Below, in pieces: positions 62,461-64,000 of a stretch of 64,000 nt of DNA (positions are counted from its first letter, which is position 1; every line of letters starts with the position of its first letter). A model generated the notes under the pieces. The model saw only the letters and a list, made by a program, of their open reading frames with translations. It was not told the origin of the DNA and did no database searches. This DNA comes from Aquificaceae bacterium (GTDB lineage Bacteria > Aquificota > Aquificia > Aquificales > Aquificaceae), in contig JAXSMZ010000001.1 of NCBI GenBank assembly GCA_037924335.1, positions 1-64,000 on the forward strand. The letters are read 5' to 3'. Made by a program: the position numbers and the translations under genes.

Positions 62461-63708
62461 TTAATCCAAAATTAACGGCAGCTTTAAGGAAACGTTCACC
62501 ATATAAACCTCCCCTTCCTTCGACTGTTCTATGCTGAGCTCACACTCCATCATGCAGGACAGCTCACGAGCCACGTAAAGCCCTATACCAGTAAACTTCC
62601 CTTCAAAGGGTCTAAAGAGCTTTTCTTCGTCCATGCATCTTTCGGAGAGGTTACCAACCCTAATGTAGGCATGTCTCTGATCCTTCTCCACGTGTATATC
62701 TACAAAGCTATCTTCAATCCCATGCCTTATAGAGTTATCCACAACTATGCCAAGGACTTCCAAAAGCATGTTCTTATCACAGTAAACAAAGATAGGTTCT
62801 TGGATTATGTGTAGTCTTATCTTCTTCCCTTCTGGGTCGTAGAGTCTCGTTAGATCATTTAAAAGGGGTTGCAAGTGGCACTTTTCTCTGTTGACCAGAT
62901 TCTGCCGACTTTCCATCTTAGCCATCCTGAGAAAAGCCGTGAGATTCTTTTCCAATCTCCACAGTTCATCACGAACTACCATTAGCCTTTCATCTTTATA
63001 GAACCTAATGGCATCTTCCAAGAGAAGTAGGGCTGTGGATAGTGGTGTTTTTACAGAGTGGCTAAGAACCAAAAGTATGTTCCTATGCCTTTCTGAGGTT
63101 TCTTTGATCCTCTTTATCCCCTCATGCACTTTTTTCATAAAAGGCTTTAACTCTTCATAAACTTCAGCGTCAAACTTCTCTTCAAAGAGGCTCTGACCAG
63201 CCCTTTTAATAGAACCTAACAGGGACCTTACAGCAAGAAGGTATATACCAACCAACGTGAGGAGAAAGAAAAGCCAGGAGATAAACAAAAAGACCTTTAG
63301 GCTCTCTAAAAACTCCCTCTCTGGCGTAAAGTTGACCGCATACTGGACATAAAAGCCATTTCCCCTTTTGTAGGTTAGCATCCTATAAAACCTACCTTTT
63401 TTTTCCACAAGGCGTAAATCTGGCAAGTACCATTCCTTACTGAAAGGTAAAAGGGTGTCCTCAGAGGCTTCCAAAAGGGCACCATTGGGGGTTCTTATGG
63501 CATAAAACTCATAGCCTGGATGGAGTTCAAAATCCCTTCCAAGAAAGTAGGACTGCTCAAATATTTTTGCATCGTCCGTTATGTGTCTGTCTACGGATGT
63601 AAAGAGGGCTTTTTCCATTACCACATAAAGGACAAGGTTATAAAGACCAAAGAGAACAAGCAGGGCTGCAAAAAACAGGTTCAGCTGAAGCTTTATAGAC
63701 CTTTTCAT
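62461..63708 (-). CDS. Sensor histidine kinase
   Basis: Two TMs, SHSVKTPL H-box, DNSIRHG N-box, GIGLY. Confidence 0.88.
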   Translation of the reverse strand: MKRSIKLQLNLFFAALLVLFGLYNLVLYVVMEKALFTSVDRHITDDAKIFEQSYFLGRDFELHPGYEFYAIRTPNGALLEASEDTLLPFSKEWYLPDLRLVEKKGRFYRMLTYKRGNGFYVQYAVNFTPEREFLESLKVFLFISWLFFLLTLVGIYLLAVRSLLGSIKRAGQSLFEEKFDAEVYEELKPFMKKVHEGIKRIKETSERHRNILLVLSHSVKTPLSTALLLLEDAIRFYKDERLMVVRDELWRLEKNLTAFLRMAKMESRQNLVNREKCHLQPLLNDLTRLYDPEGKKIRLHIIQEPIFVYCDKNMLLEVLGIVVDNSIRHGIEDSFVDIHVEKDQRHAYIRVGNLSERCMDEEKLFRPFEGKFTGIGLYVARELSCMMECELSIEQSKEGEVYMVNVSLKLPLILD

Positions 63709-64000
63709 TCTACTATGTATCCAACCCCTTTTGAAGATTTGATGAGGTCTTTAATCCCCAACCTCTTTCTTATCCTTGATATGAGAACTTCAAGACTGTT
63801 GCTATCAGAGTAATAGCTAAAGACCTTCTCCCTTAGCTCCTCCTTGCTTACATACCTCCCCCTGTTTAGGCATAGGTATTCAAGGATCGCATACTCTCCA
63901 TGGGTAAGCCTTACCTCCCCATCTTTTACAAAGACCTTTTTCCTCTCTATATCCAGCCTTAAATCCCCTATCTGGATCGTATCGGAAGCACCCCTATAAC
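63705..64000 (-). CDS. OmpR-family response regulator (C-terminal part, runs off window)
   Basis: IQIGDLRLD...LTHGEYAILEYL...SNSLEVLISRIRKRL...KGVGY. Confidence 0.9.
   Translation of the reverse strand, partial: YRGASDTIQIGDLRLDIERKKVFVKDGEVRLTHGEYAILEYLCLNRGRYVSKEELREKVFSYYSDSNSLEVLISRIRKRLGIKDLIKSSKGVGYIVE

Overview
Gene-dense bacterial chromosome segment, most likely Aquificaceae (Hydrogenobacter/Thermocrinis-like), judged from a PspB-type phosphatase, isolated dnaA and hslU, and AGA/AGG/ATA-rich codon usage. It is mostly housekeeping (argS, clpC, tsaE, hslU, kdsB, lpxC, hemD, pyrC, tyrA, glmU, lpxA, glgB, miaA, rpiB, def, dnaA, hisS, trmFO, tsaD, ctpA, cimA). It also holds T2SS gspC/gspD, four tRNAs, a molybdate-type ABC locus with two binding proteins, a LIV-type ABC operon, an OprC-like TonB receptor and a CzcCBA-type RND pump with a two-component system. 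No CRISPR array, rRNA or intact transposase was seen. The most notable unannotated signals are: (1) two diverged copies of a ~130-bp non-coding unit (promoter + hairpins + IS200/IS605 TnpB omegaRNA-like 3' end), one fused directly to the glgB start codon; (2) a sigma54-driven DUF2173/DUF2173/SCP2/Cys-PAS-activator module; (3) a HAD hydrolase split at an A_AAA_AAC heptamer with an upstream SD-like motif; (4) a collapsed TsdA-like cytochrome c relic; (5) GTAG-type REP relics; (6) a hypothetical protein ending in an SSB-like DDDEIPF tail; (7) a FabX-like enzyme. All family assignments come from motif recognition and memory, not database searches.
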